Assembly: GCA_900299145.1 (NCBI GenBank)
Contig: OMIN01000149.1
Location: 41,745 to 105,744 of the forward strand
Origin: Betaproteobacteria bacterium
GTDB taxonomy: Bacteria > Pseudomonadota > Gammaproteobacteria > Burkholderiales > SG8-41
Length of the DNA: 64,000 nucleotides
Direction: 5' to 3'
Shown: positions 40,199-51,211 of the stretch, piece after piece
Position numbering within the stretch: the stretch's first letter is position 1
Layout: the number at the start of each line of letters is the position of its first letter
Position numbers and translations under genes: made by a program
The notes under the pieces: generated by a model
What the model was told of the DNA's origin: nothing
The model's database searches: none
The model's input: the letters and a program-made list of their open reading frames with translations, nothing else

Positions 40199-43100
40199 AT
40201 GCACGCGATGCTTTTACGACAGTTGCGCCGGGCATTGAAGGCGGCTTCTCCTGCCGAGGCCGAAAGCCTGTTGCAGGAATTATTTGCACTGTCGGCAAGT
40301 CGTGATTTGAACGCCCGACAGGTGCAAGCGCTATCAGGTTTGCGCGATGTGCTGGCACAGGTCGACGAAAGTTACCGCCAGTTTGACCGCGCGCAGGAAT
40401 TACGCCTGCGAAGTCTTACCATCAGTTCGGCGGAGCTGATGGAAGCGAATCGTCGGCTGCGCGATGAGGCGGAACAGCAACGTTCGCTGGTCGATTCCAT
40501 GCGCGCAACCGCCAATCACTTGCTGTCGGCGGCGGGGCGCGAGCCGATACCCGCTGGCGAAACGTCGGTGCAACGCGTTGCGCAACAGATGGAGCAACTG
40601 ATCACGGAAAGCGAAGTGGCGCGCGCGCGTATCGTCGAAAACGAAGCGCGATTTCGTGAGCTGACCAGCCTGTCGTCGGACTGGTATTGGGAGCAGGATG
40701 CCCAATTGCGCTTTACGCAAATGTCGCAGGGCATCACAGCTCTGACCGGTCGCGCGCCGGAGTCTTTTATAGGCCTGACATCGGAGGAGGCCTTTGGCGG
40801 CGATCCCGGGCAGGCCGGATGGGACACGCAAGAGGCGCTGCTGCGCCACATGAGAGCCGGCGAATCGTTTCGTGATTTTGAAGTGTGTTTTACGCCCCAG
40901 GGGCAAGAGGCGATATACGTCAGCCTCAGTGGCGAGCCAGTGCCTGACGCCAACGGAAACTTCGGCGGTTATCGCGGCGTGGCAAGGAACATTACCGCGC
41001 AAAAGCGTGCGGAAAATCACTTGCAGGTAGCCTTGCATCTGACGGATACCCTGATCGAAACCATACCCATGCCAGTATCGATCAAGGATCGTGAACACCG
41101 GTTCGTTCGGGTAAACACCGCCTATGAGCGGGAATTCGGGGTGCGGCGCGTTGACGCATTGGGACGCACGGCCGTCGAGGTACTGAATGATCCCACGCGC
41201 GGCGGGCACGAGGCGGAGAATGCTCTACTGCGCAATCCTGGCATTCATTCCTACACGCGTCTGCGCAGGACGAGCACCGGGGAAAGTATTATGTCATCAC
41301 CAAGGCAACGGTGCTCGATGATGGCGGTGCAGTGACAGGGTTTATCACCACGCATGCTGACGTAACGGAACTGAAGCTCGCCGAACAGCGGCTGGACGCG
41401 CAGTTGCAGTTGACCAACGTGATTCTGGAAACTTCGCCAGAACCGATGATGGTGAAAAACGGGGCACGTGAAATTACCTACGTCAATGCCGCGTATGAAA
41501 AGCTGTTTGAGATTAAGCGCAATGACGTGCTGGCGCTGCAAATGCGGCGGCATTCCTCCGAGACCATGCAGAATATCGAGCGCATAGAATTGGAGTTGCT
41601 CGAGCACCCCGGTACGCGTCAGTTTGAACATGTACTGCCAGCCAGCAGCGGCCGTGCCGTTCACTGCATTATTACGAAATCGACATTTCGTGACCGCACA
41701 GGCGGCATTGGCGGCATCATCACTACCTACACGGATATCACGAGTCTGAAGGCGGCCGAGCTGGCCAAGGCTGAGCAATTGCGATTGACCAGCACCTTTC
41801 TGGATGCTTCGCCCACGCCCACGGTTATCAAGGACAAAAACCTCATTCTGAGGCGATGTAACTCCGCATACGAAAAAATGTTTGGTGTGCGGCGAGAGGA
41901 TGTCCTCAACCTGCCCATGAGCGGGCATCGTTCGCAGTTCGCAGAGGAAGTGCTCTCCATTGAACGCGGGCTACTGGCGCGGCCAGGAACGCACCGCGTG
42001 GAGCGAAGCATTCGCGTTCAAGGCAGGCCCGACGTACATTGCGTGATTGAAAAATCCACTTACTTCAATAACGACGGTGAGGTGGAAGGTATCATCACCA
42101 CGTTTACTGATATTACAGAGCTTAAGCAGACCGAAAACCACTTGCGAGAAGCCAAAATCGCCGCGGAACAGGCCATGCACGTGCGCTCGCAGTTTTTGGC
42201 GAATATGAGCCACGAAATTCGCACGCCGATGAACGGCGTGCTCGGCATGGCGGACGTATTGGCCGGTACGCCACTCTCAGCCGACCAGCGCGAATATCTC
42301 GACACCATCCGCAATTCTGGCCAAAGCCTGCTGAAAATCGTCAATGATATTTTAGACTTCTCCAAAATTGAGGCCGGCAAGGTTGATCTGGAGCAGATTG
42401 ACTTTGACTTGCGTTCGCGCATCGACTCGGTGATGCAGCTGTTTGCGGCATCTGCGCGGGAAAAGCGCCTGGAAATGGAGAGTGCTTATGCCGACGACGT
42501 GCCGCTACGCGTGATCGGCGATCCCGTGCGCATTTCGCAGATTCTGTCCAATCTCGTAGCCAACGCCATCAAATTTACCGAGGCGGGCCGGGTGTCGCTA
42601 TACGTCAGTGTGCATGCGCGCGCGGGCGATGACCTGATGCTGCGCTTTGACGTGCGCGACACTGGCATTGGCATATCCGCTGATGCGGTGGAGCGGATAT
42701 TTGATCCGTTTTCACAGGAGGACGCGAGTACCACGCGCCGGTTTGGGGGCACCGGGTTGGGGCTGACCATTTCACGACAATTAGCAGGACTGATGGGTGG
42801 CGAGTTGTCGGTGGCAAGCACGCAAGGTAGCGGTAGTGTTTTCAGTTTTACCGCCAAATTGAAGGCCGGCGGAGAGACAACGGATCGCGAACCAGCGGAT
42901 TCGCCGGATGCGCAAATAGCCAGCGCACGGCACGCTGGCCCAGCCACGCTGCAAGTCTTGTTGGCCGAAGATAACACCATCAATCAAATCGTTGCCAGCG
43001 CCATACTGAAAAAGCTGGCATGTTCGGTCACTCTGGCAAAAAATGGTCAGGAAGCGGTCGATGCGACGCGCACGGGGCACTTCGACCTGATTCTGATGGA

Positions 43101-43323
43101 CTGCCATATGCCAGTGATGGATGGATTTGCGGCGACGGCCGCCATACGCGAGCTGGAAAATCAGGGACAACCGCGTCACGTCATTGTGGCGCAAACCGCC
43201 AACGCCATGGAGGGCGACCGCGAAACCTGCCTCGCCGCAGGGATGGACGACTATTTGTCCAAACCGGTGAGCAGTGAGGCCATCGCTGGCGTTCTAAAAC
43301 GCTGGGTGCCTGCGAAATCCTGA
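40199..43323 (+). pseudogene. Multi-PAS hybrid histidine kinase (HisKA-HATPase-REC) split by a frameshift near 41288
   Basis: The PAS domain continues as YVITKATVLD in the frame of ORF 41311-43323; FLANMSHEIRTPMNG, GGTGLGL, LMDCHMP. Confidence 0.78.
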
Positions 43324-43358
43324 ATGTAAGCGCATTGTCTGGTAATCAAACCACCGGT

Positions 43359-44192
43359 TTACGCCGCAAAGCGCATCGACAAATCTACAGCTTTTATGTC
43401 CTTGGTCAGCGAGCCGATGGAAATGCGGTCGACGCCGGTTTCCGCAATTTCGCGCACATTGGCGAGCGTAATGCCGCCAGAGGCTTCGAGCTTTGCACGG
43501 CCCGCCGTGCGTTTCACGGCTTCGCGCATTTGAGCGATGCTCATGTTGTCGAGCAGAATCATCGTGGCGCCAGCATTGAGTGCTTCATCGAGCTGCGCGA
43601 AGTTTTCGACTTCAATCTGGATCCACACGCCCGCCGGCGCGGTGCGCTGGGCTTCGGCCATCACGGCGCTCACGCCGCCTGCGGCCGCAATGTGATTCTC
43701 CTTGATCACTATGGCATCGTAGAGGCCCATGCGGTGGTTCATGCCACCGCCGGTTCTGACCGCATATTTTTGCGCCACGCGCAGGCCGGGCAGCGTTTTG
43801 CGGATATCGAGTATCGCCGCGCGGGTGCCCGCCACGGCGTCGACGTACTGGCGAGTGGCCGTGGCGACTGCCGACAGGGTTTGCAGAAAATTCAGCGCTG
43901 TGCGCTCGCCGGTCAGCAAGGCGCGGGAGTCGCCCTGTAGAGTGCACAGCACCGTGCCTGGAGTCACCTTTTCGCCTTCGTTGACCTTCCAGTCAAGGCG
44001 CACATGCTCATCCAGCGCGCGAAATACCGCATCAAACCAAGGCCGGCCGGCAATGGTGGCGGCGTCCCGGCAGATCACCGTGGCATGCGCCTCGCGCCCG
44101 GCGGGCGTGAGCTGCGCCGTCAGGTCACCAGCACCCACATCCTCGGCCAGCGCTGCCGCCACGTTGCGTTCGATTTCAGATGCGATATCCAT
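43359..44192 (-). CDS. nadC: Nicotinate-nucleotide pyrophosphorylase (carboxylating)
   Basis: ALAED...[28 protein letters not shown]. Confidence 0.96.
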   Translation of the reverse strand: MDIASEIERNVAAALAEDVGAGDLTAQLTPAGREAHATVICRDAATIAGRPWFDAVFRALDEHVRLDWKVNEGEKVTPGTVLCTLQGDSRALLTGERTALNFLQTLSAVATATRQYVDAVAGTRAAILDIRKTLPGLRVAQKYAVRTGGGMNHRMGLYDAIVIKENHIAAAGGVSAVMAEAQRTAPAGVWIQIEVENFAQLDEALNAGATMILLDNMSIAQMREAVKRTAGRAKLEASGGITLANVREIAETGVDRISIGSLTKDIKAVDLSMRFAA

Positions 44193-44252
44193 GAATTTGC
44201 TCTATATTCGTTACGCTTGCGCTGGCGGCGGCACGGGCCGGCGGCCAGCAAT

Positions 44253-44290
44253 GCGTGTTATACGTGTTATGCGTGTAAATGCGTATCAAT
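44253..44290. repeat. 9-mer tandem repeat (GCGTGTTAT-like) in a divergent promoter region
   Basis: GCGTGTTAT ACGTGTTAT GCGTGTAAAT GCGTATCAAT. Confidence 0.5.
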
Positions 44291-44348
44291 TTACATTAAT
44301 GGGCCAAGATCTCCCAGCGGCGATTTTAGCAGGGCAACGGAGGTGTCA

Positions 44349-45848
44349 ATGAGCGGCATGGTCGGCGTAATTTCCTATGGCCTGGGCACAATTCTGGGAC
44401 TGGCGTTCGTGATTTGGCTGATTGGCGCGATTGTTCACGACGTCACGCAAAAAAAGCACACGGTGCTGCGCAACTACCCGGTCATTGGCCGGCTGCGTTT
44501 TTTCTTCGAAAATCTCGGCGAATATTTCCGCCAGTATTTTTTCGCCGGCGACCGCGACGAAATGCCGTTTAACCGTGCAACGCGAGGCTGGGTTTACAAG
44601 GAAGCGAAAAACGAAGGCGGCATCATCGGCTTCGGTTCCACCAATGATCTGCGCGAGCCGGGCAATATCATTTTCGTCAATCACCCGTATCCCGTGCTGG
44701 AGGAAGACCGCCTGCCCACGCCGTCGCTGCTGATTGGCGAAGGTTATTGCCAGCATCCATTTGAGGCGCGCTCGATAGTCAACATCAGCGGCATGAGTTT
44801 CGGCGCGATTTCTGAACCGGCGGTGCGAGCGTTGTCCATGGGCGCGGCTGACGCCGGCTGCTGGATGGATACCGGCGAGGGCGGGCTTGCGCCGTACCAC
44901 CTCGAGGGAAAATGCGATGTCATCATGCAAATGGGCACGGCCAAGTACGGCATGCGTGACCACGAGGGCAATTTCTCGCCTGAGAAGGTGAGGGAACTTG
45001 CCAAGTCGGTGAAGGCATTCGAGATTAAGCTATCGCAGGGTGCGAAGCCGGGCAAGGGCGGCGTGCTGCCCGGCGGCAAGGTTACCGAGGAAATTGCGCG
45101 TATCCGGGGCATTCCGGTGGGCGAAGATTCGATCAGCCCGAACCGCCATCGCGATATTGCCAACGTCAACGATCTGCTGGACAAAATTGCCTATTTGCGC
45201 GATCTCACCGGGCGGCCAGTGGGTGTCAAAACCGCCATCGGCGGTTGGGAGTTCACCAACGAATTATGTGATGCAATTCTGCGGCGTGGGCGTGAATATG
45301 CGCCGGATTTTCTCGCCATTGACGGCGGCGAGGGCGGCAGCGGTGCCGCGCCGCAGACCCTGTTCGATCACGTGGCACTGCCGATAGCCGAAGCGTTGCC
45401 GCGCGTGGTGGATTCGTTGATACAGGCCGATCTGAAATCGCGCATCCGTGTCATCGCCTCGGGTAAGCTGGTGACTTCGGCGCGCGCCTCATGGGCGTTG
45501 TGCGTGGGGGCGGATTTCATCAACACCGCGCGTGGGTTCATGTTTGCGCTGGGTTGCATACAGGCGTTGCGCTGCCATCAAAACACTTGCCCGACAGGCG
45601 TTACCACGCACAACAAGCGCCTGCAGCGCGGGATGGTGGTCGAAGAAAAATACCTGCGCGTCGCGAACTACGCCAAAAACATGAACAAGGAAATTGACAT
45701 GATCGCGCACTCGTGCGGCCTGAAACACGCGCGCGAATTCAAACGGGAGCACGTGCGCATCGTGCAAACGGCCAACCAGAGCATTGCGCTCAACATGCTG
45801 CATCCGTATCCCGCTGTCGGTTCACGCGGGCCGGCGCGTGCGGCTTGA
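44349..45848 (+). CDS. FMN-binding glutamate synthase family protein (stand-alone FMN/[3Fe-4S] domain with TM anchor)
   Basis: NISGMSFGA, DTGEGG, EIKLSQGAKPG.GG, CIQALRCHQNTCPTG; no amidotransferase domain. Confidence 0.9.
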   Translation: MSGMVGVISYGLGTILGLAFVIWLIGAIVHDVTQKKHTVLRNYPVIGRLRFFFENLGEYFRQYFFAGDRDEMPFNRATRGWVYKEAKNEGGIIGFGSTNDLREPGNIIFVNHPYPVLEEDRLPTPSLLIGEGYCQHPFEARSIVNISGMSFGAISEPAVRALSMGAADAGCWMDTGEGGLAPYHLEGKCDVIMQMGTAKYGMRDHEGNFSPEKVRELAKSVKAFEIKLSQGAKPGKGGVLPGGKVTEEIARIRGIPVGEDSISPNRHRDIANVNDLLDKIAYLRDLTGRPVGVKTAIGGWEFTNELCDAILRRGREYAPDFLAIDGGEGGSGAAPQTLFDHVALPIAEALPRVVDSLIQADLKSRIRVIASGKLVTSARASWALCVGADFINTARGFMFALGCIQALRCHQNTCPTGVTTHNKRLQRGMVVEEKYLRVANYAKNMNKEIDMIAHSCGLKHAREFKREHVRIVQTANQSIALNMLHPYPAVGSRGPARAA

Positions 45849-45872
45849 TCTGAATAGGAGGCTATAAAAAAT

Positions 45873-47108
45873 ATGAATAAAAACAAATACTTAAATTGTT
45901 CCCTTGATGTATCGCGGCGGAATTTTCTGACGCGAGTGGCCGCCACTGGCGCGGCACTCAGTGCCGGGAAAGTGCTGGCGCAGGAAGCGCCAAAACCGCC
46001 CGCTGATCCAGCCGGCACGGTCGCCAACAGCACGGTGATGGGCGAAAAACATGCGGGCATGGTGGTGCATTCGGAACGCCCGCTGACGGCCAGTGTGCCG
46101 GCCGAGTTGCATCACTTTGCGGCCACGCCCAACGATCGCATGTTCGTGCGCAACAACCTGCTCACGCCGGACATCGACGCCGCCCAACACCGCTTGACCG
46201 TGAAAGGTTCGGTGCACAAGGAAGTGTCGTTTTCGCTGGACGAGTTGCGCAAAAATTTTCCGGTGGTGCGTACGCAAGCCATGCTGGAATGCGCGGGCGC
46301 AGGGCGCACGGGCTTCGTGCCGCGCCCCAGCGGCACGCCATGGTCCGTGACGGGCGGCATGGGGTGTCCGGTGTGGAACGGCGTGCGGTTGCGCGATGTA
46401 CTCCGCGCGGCGGGTGTGCAGAACCACGCGGGTTACGTGGCAGGGCAGGGCGGCGATTTTGGCGTGATCGCCACTGCCGCGCCGGTGATTCGCTCGATAC
46501 CGCTCGACAAGGCGATGGAGCCGCACACGCTGGTGGTGTTCGGTATGAACGACGGTCCGCTGCCGAAAATTCACGGCCATCCGCTGCGGCTGCTCGTGCC
46601 GGGTTGGGCGGGCAGTGCATCAACCAAATGGCTGCACACGCTGACCGTGCTCGACGCGCCGTTCAAGGGAACGTATATGGACACCAGCTACCGGATACCC
46701 CGCGATGCGGTGAAGCCCGGCGAAAAAATGCCGCCGGATGCGCTGGTCACCGAAGCATGGCCGGTGAAATCGATGATTACCTATCCCGCGCAGAATGCCG
46801 TGTTCAAACTTGGCCAATCGGTGCTGGTCGAAGGCCGCGCCTGGGTGGGTGAGGGCGCCATTGCCAAAGTCGAGTTGTCATTCGACGAAGGCGTGACGTG
46901 GCAGACCGCGCAGATTAACAGCGCCACCGATAAATACGCCTGGCGCATTTTCAGCGTGGAATTCAAACCCGCGAAGCCGGGCTTTACCACGGCGCTGGCG
47001 CGCGCCACCGATGATCGTGGCAATACGCAGCCGATGGCAGCCAAGTGGAACCCGCTGGGTTACTTCTGGAACGGCGTGCATCGCGTTGGCTTTGTGGTCG
47101 AAGCATGA
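45873..47108 (+). CDS. Tat-exported sulfite oxidase-family molybdoenzyme (SorA/SorT/SoxC-like)
   Basis: SRRNFL twin-arginine signal, FVRNN, MLECAG Mo-ligating Cys, HGHPLRLLVPGW, KWL. Confidence 0.88.
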   Translation: MNKNKYLNCSLDVSRRNFLTRVAATGAALSAGKVLAQEAPKPPADPAGTVANSTVMGEKHAGMVVHSERPLTASVPAELHHFAATPNDRMFVRNNLLTPDIDAAQHRLTVKGSVHKEVSFSLDELRKNFPVVRTQAMLECAGAGRTGFVPRPSGTPWSVTGGMGCPVWNGVRLRDVLRAAGVQNHAGYVAGQGGDFGVIATAAPVIRSIPLDKAMEPHTLVVFGMNDGPLPKIHGHPLRLLVPGWAGSASTKWLHTLTVLDAPFKGTYMDTSYRIPRDAVKPGEKMPPDALVTEAWPVKSMITYPAQNAVFKLGQSVLVEGRAWVGEGAIAKVELSFDEGVTWQTAQINSATDKYAWRIFSVEFKPAKPGFTTALARATDDRGNTQPMAAKWNPLGYFWNGVHRVGFVVEA

Positions 47109-47713
47109 TCGTGAGACGCGCGAGGCGAGGCGCGAGGTGCATGCTTGCCGGGGTGTTGTTGTTTCTGGGCAGTACTGTGATAGCGCTGGCGCAGGATGAC
47201 CCCGTGCCGCCCAAGACGCTCACGCCCGGCAAGGGCGTTGAACTCACCACCGCGCGATGCGTGATTTGCCACGACGCCACGCACATCACGCGCACCAAGC
47301 TCTCGCGTGGCGAATGGGAATTCAACATCAAGAACATGATCGAGCGCGGTGCGCCCATTGCACCGAACGAAATCGCGCCTATCCTTGAGTATCTGGCGAC
47401 TTATTACAACCGGGATGCTGCGGCGCCGGCGCCAGTGCCGGCTGCAACAGCAAGTGCGGGTGATCCGGTCACAGGTCTGCTAACCACCCACGCCTGCACG
47501 GCCTGTCACCAAACCGACAAACGGGTGGTGGGGCCATCGTTCCGGGAAGTGGCCGCGAAATATGCGGGCAACAGCAGCGCGGCGGCCATGCTGGCCGGCA
47601 AGATCAGGCAGGGCGGCAGCGGTGTATGGGGCGCCGCGCCCATGCCGCCCAATGCCGGCGTGCCGGACGCGGATGTGCGGCGGCTTGTGGACTGGATACT
47701 GGGGCAGAAATAG
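47105..47713 (+). CDS. Diheme cytochrome c (SorB-like plus c551-like domains)
   Basis: CVICH and CTACH motifs; VGPSF..VA.KY...GVWG..PMPP; ATGA overlap. Confidence 0.85.
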   Translation: MIVRRARRGARCMLAGVLLFLGSTVIALAQDDPVPPKTLTPGKGVELTTARCVICHDATHITRTKLSRGEWEFNIKNMIERGAPIAPNEIAPILEYLATYYNRDAAAPAPVPAATASAGDPVTGLLTTHACTACHQTDKRVVGPSFREVAAKYAGNSSAAAMLAGKIRQGGSGVWGAAPMPPNAGVPDADVRRLVDWILGQK

Positions 47714-47756
47714 ACGCGCGCAGCGAAGGGGCCTGAGCAGCTGACACACGTCGGGC

Positions 47757-48725
47757 CTAATCGAGTTTGACGCCTAACGCACGAAACAGCTTGCCGATAG
47801 TTTCAAAATCGGCTTTCATGCGCGCCGTCAGCTCATCGGGCGGGCGGTGCGCCGGGTCCAGGGTCTGGGCGGCGAGTTTCGCGCCGACATCGGCATCTTT
47901 CGTGGCCTTGCCAGTTTCGGCGTTCAGCCGGTCAATAATCGGCCGTGGCGTTCCCGCGCCCGCGAACACGCTCACCCAGGTCGACGATTCGTAGCCGGGA
48001 ATGGTATCGGCAATCGTCGGTACTTCCGGCAACTGCGCTACGCGCTCGGTGGTGGTGACGCCCAGCGCGCGCACGCGATTGGATTTGATGTGCGAGATCA
48101 ATTCGCTGATGGCCGCCACCTGAGTTTGCGTCTCGCCGGACACCAGGGCGATAACCGCCGGACCGCCGCCCTTGAACGGCACATGAGTCATGCGGATGCC
48201 TGCGCGTGATTCAAACAACACGCCGTTCATATGCGTAAAACTGCCGACACCGGAATGCCCGTGCAGTAATTCGCCGGGGCGTTGTTTTGCCAGCGCAATG
48301 AATTCCTTCACCGACTTCACCGGCAGCGCCGGATGTACGGTCAGCACGCTCACCACCCGCGCCATAGGGCTGACGCCCGTGAAATCGCGCAACGCGTCGT
48401 ACGGCAGCTTGTTGTAGAGATGCGCATTGGCCACATGCGACGCGACGGTCTGAATCAGCAGCGTATAGCCGTCGGGTTTGCTTTGCGCCACCAGTGCAGT
48501 GCCGATGGTGCCACCCGCGCCGGGGCGGTTTTCAATAATGAACGACTGCCCCAAATATTCTGACAGCTTGGGCATGACGATGCGCGCGGCAATATCGTTG
48601 GCGCCAGCCGGCGGAAAGGGCACGATCACGCGCACGATTTTGGCAGGGTAGGCTTGCGGCCACGCTGCAGTCGAAGCGCAAAGCAGTACGGCGTAACCGG
48701 CGGCGGACCATCGGGTAGTATTCAT
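47757..48725 (-). CDS. Bug/TctC-family binding protein
   Basis: YPAKIVRVIVPFPPAGAND, DGYTL, HVPFKGG; AGGAG RBS. Confidence 0.92.
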   Translation of the reverse strand: MNTTRWSAAGYAVLLCASTAAWPQAYPAKIVRVIVPFPPAGANDIAARIVMPKLSEYLGQSFIIENRPGAGGTIGTALVAQSKPDGYTLLIQTVASHVANAHLYNKLPYDALRDFTGVSPMARVVSVLTVHPALPVKSVKEFIALAKQRPGELLHGHSGVGSFTHMNGVLFESRAGIRMTHVPFKGGGPAVIALVSGETQTQVAAISELISHIKSNRVRALGVTTTERVAQLPEVPTIADTIPGYESSTWVSVFAGAGTPRPIIDRLNAETGKATKDADVGAKLAAQTLDPAHRPPDELTARMKADFETIGKLFRALGVKLD

Positions 48726-48771
48726 GGAATTTTCTCCTCCTGTTGATTTTTTTGCAGACTGCGGCGTTGGG

Positions 48772-49695
48772 CTACAACTCCCGCGCCTGAAATGTATTGC
48801 ACTGGCTGATTTGTCCGCTGTCCAGCCCGCGGCGGAACCAGCGCACGCGCTGTTGTGACGTGCCGTGGGTAAACGATTCCGGTGTGACGTAGCCGCGCGC
48901 CTGCTGCTGCAGCCGGTCATCGCCGATGGCGGTGGCGGCGGTCATCGCGGCTTCCACGTCGCCGCCCTCAAGAATATGCCGCGTGCGGTTGGCGTGATGC
49001 GCCCAGATGCCGGCCAGGCAATCGGCCTGCAATTCCATGCGCACCGAAAGCTTGTTGTATTCCGCTTCGGATACGCGTCGGCGTTGCGCGTCGACCTTGT
49101 CGGCTATACCCAACAAATTCTGCACATGGTGGCCAACTTCGTGCGCGATCACATAGGCGCGGGCGAATTCGCCGGGGGCCTGAAAGCGCCGCTGCAGATC
49201 GTCGAAGAACGACAGATCGATGTAAACCTTCTGATCGCCGGGGCAATAAAACGGCCCCATGGCGGCCTCCGCCCGGCCGCAGGCGGATTGCACCGCGCCG
49301 CGAAACAGCACCAGCTTGGGCAGTTGGTATTGCTTGCCGTTTTGAGTGAACAGCCCTGTCCAGGTGTCTTCGGTATCGGCCAGCACCACGGAAACAAATT
49401 TCGCCATCTGATCACCCTGCGCTGGGCGTTGCGCGGGGGCTTGTGACGATTGACGCGATTGCGGTGAGCGTTGTGATTGTTGCGAAACCTGCGGTGCATC
49501 GCCGCCGCCGCCGAGCAGCCCCAACACCATCGAAGGATCAACGCCCAGAAACATCGCCACCACGGCAATCAGGATGACGCCGATGCCACCCTTCGCCATG
49601 CCGCCGCCCATCACGCCGCCACCGCCGCCTCCGCCGCCCGATTCGCCACGCCGGTCTTCGACGTTATCGCTTTCCCTGCCGCCTTCCCACTTCAT
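48772..49695 (-). CDS. Neutral zinc metallopeptidase (YpfJ-like)
   Basis: RESDNVEDRRG, GPFYCP.D, AHEVGHH, ELQADC, FTHGTS. Confidence 0.92.
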   Translation of the reverse strand: MKWEGGRESDNVEDRRGESGGGGGGGGVMGGGMAKGGIGVILIAVVAMFLGVDPSMVLGLLGGGGDAPQVSQQSQRSPQSRQSSQAPAQRPAQGDQMAKFVSVVLADTEDTWTGLFTQNGKQYQLPKLVLFRGAVQSACGRAEAAMGPFYCPGDQKVYIDLSFFDDLQRRFQAPGEFARAYVIAHEVGHHVQNLLGIADKVDAQRRRVSEAEYNKLSVRMELQADCLAGIWAHHANRTRHILEGGDVEAAMTAATAIGDDRLQQQARGYVTPESFTHGTSQQRVRWFRRGLDSGQISQCNTFQAREL

Positions 49696-49787
49696 GGAGG
49701 TCTCCCGGAATTGCTTTCACGGCATTATGGCAAAGTTTGCCGTGCCCCGCCGGTTTGCCGGCCCGGCGCTACCCGGCTTCAACTCGG

Positions 49788-50918
49788 CTATTGCCGCCAC
49801 ACCAGCGCGCTGACAGCGGCGAGGTTCAGCGCATTGACCCAGAACACCGGCGATGCGCCGAGCGTGGAGCCCAGCGCGCCGCAGGCCACCGGAATTACCA
49901 CGCGCGCAATGTTGTTGGCAGTAAGCCGCATCCCGGTGACTTCGCCGGCGCGGCCCGGTGGCGCGCGGTTGTAGCCGAGCATCATCGACAGCGGCTGGCC
50001 GCAACCCAGGCCCAGCCCCAACACGAAGGCGATGGTCATCATGTAAGCCAGATTCACCGACAGCGGAAACACCGCGAACGCACACGCGGCGAGTATCAGG
50101 CATGCGAACATCACGCGTTCGGCGCGCCAGTGTTGCAGCAGTAGCGGCATGGCAAAGCGTGTGACAAAACCAGCCACCGCAAATACGCCAAGGATGAAGC
50201 CGATCAGCGTGGCGGAAAAATTCAGCGAGTGCGCATACACCGGCAGGTAAAACGCGAACAGATCATTACTTGCGACGATCAGCCCGCTGATGATGACCAC
50301 GCTGCGCACCTGCGGCAGACGCAGCAGCGCCAGTGCGCCGGAGGGCGCGGTGCTGGCTGCCTCGGTCGCTTTTTTTCCGCCGGCATGGCGAAAGCGCTTG
50401 CCCATGGACAGGCCGATGATGGGTGGAATCATGAACAGCGCCAGCATCACAAACGCGCCGCGATAACCCACGTTATCAATCGCCAAGCCCACCGACACCG
50501 GGCCGACAAAAGCCGATATGGAATAACCTATTGATAATATTGAGAAATTTTTGGCGCGATCGGCCTCTGTACCGAGCCCGCCGGTGAGCGTCTGAATCGC
50601 AACGTTAAAAAACATGAAGCCCGCGCCGGTAACGACGGCAATGACAAATAGCGAGGCAAGCCCCGACGTAAACACGCCGATCAGCATGCCGGCACACACC
50701 ACGCATGCGCCGCTGATCAGCGGCCAGCGCGCACCGTGGCGGTCCGCAACGCGGCCGGAATAAACGCCCATTACCAGCGGCGCCGACGCATAAAACGCCG
50801 CCAGCCAGCCGATGGTGGTTTGGCTTGCCCCCAGTTGCAGGGCGTAGAGCGACACCGCGATTTTGCTGCCGATGTAACACGCGTGCGCGGCCACGCAGTA
50901 ACTGACGATAAGAAGCAT
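49788..50918 (-). CDS. MFS transporter
   Basis: GRVADRHG motif A; about 12 hydrophobic segments. Confidence 0.88.
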   Translation of the reverse strand: MLLIVSYCVAAHACYIGSKIAVSLYALQLGASQTTIGWLAAFYASAPLVMGVYSGRVADRHGARWPLISGACVVCAGMLIGVFTSGLASLFVIAVVTGAGFMFFNVAIQTLTGGLGTEADRAKNFSILSIGYSISAFVGPVSVGLAIDNVGYRGAFVMLALFMIPPIIGLSMGKRFRHAGGKKATEAASTAPSGALALLRLPQVRSVVIISGLIVASNDLFAFYLPVYAHSLNFSATLIGFILGVFAVAGFVTRFAMPLLLQHWRAERVMFACLILAACAFAVFPLSVNLAYMMTIAFVLGLGLGCGQPLSMMLGYNRAPPGRAGEVTGMRLTANNIARVVIPVACGALGSTLGASPVFWVNALNLAAVSALVWRQ

Positions 50919-51063
50919 GCGGCTGAGGATACCGCACGTATGCGAGAGTTCGCACACTTGAGGCAGAGGGCTGACTGGCGGCCCTCTGCTATACTGAATT
51001 TGAAGCTGTCTGGATGATGAAATTTTATTCGGGTGAATAACTGAATGACCACTCAGGCTCGCA

Positions 51064-51164
51064 GTTCGTGCTTCGACTTCGGGCAAAAACGCCCTACGCT
51101 CGGCACGAACGGCTAATTTTTCCCGTTCGTCCTGAGCGTAGCGTAGCGAAGTCGAAGGATGAAC
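51064..51164. repeat. Inverted doublet of a CCGTTCG-type palindromic repeat (REPIN-like)
   Basis: CTTCGACTTCG...CTACGCTC.GCACGAACGG, spacer, CCGTTCGTCCTGAGCGTAG...CGAAGTCGAAG. Confidence 0.75.
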
Positions 51165-51211
51165 GTCACTACCTTGTATGAATTTAAGTATTTGTTTTAA
51201 AAGGGATATTT

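Noticed and set aside
44004-44348. Long N-terminal extensions in the ORF track (also at 48920, 51086 and 60403)
   Set aside because: They overlap other genes or repeat elements; downstream starts fit family lengths better
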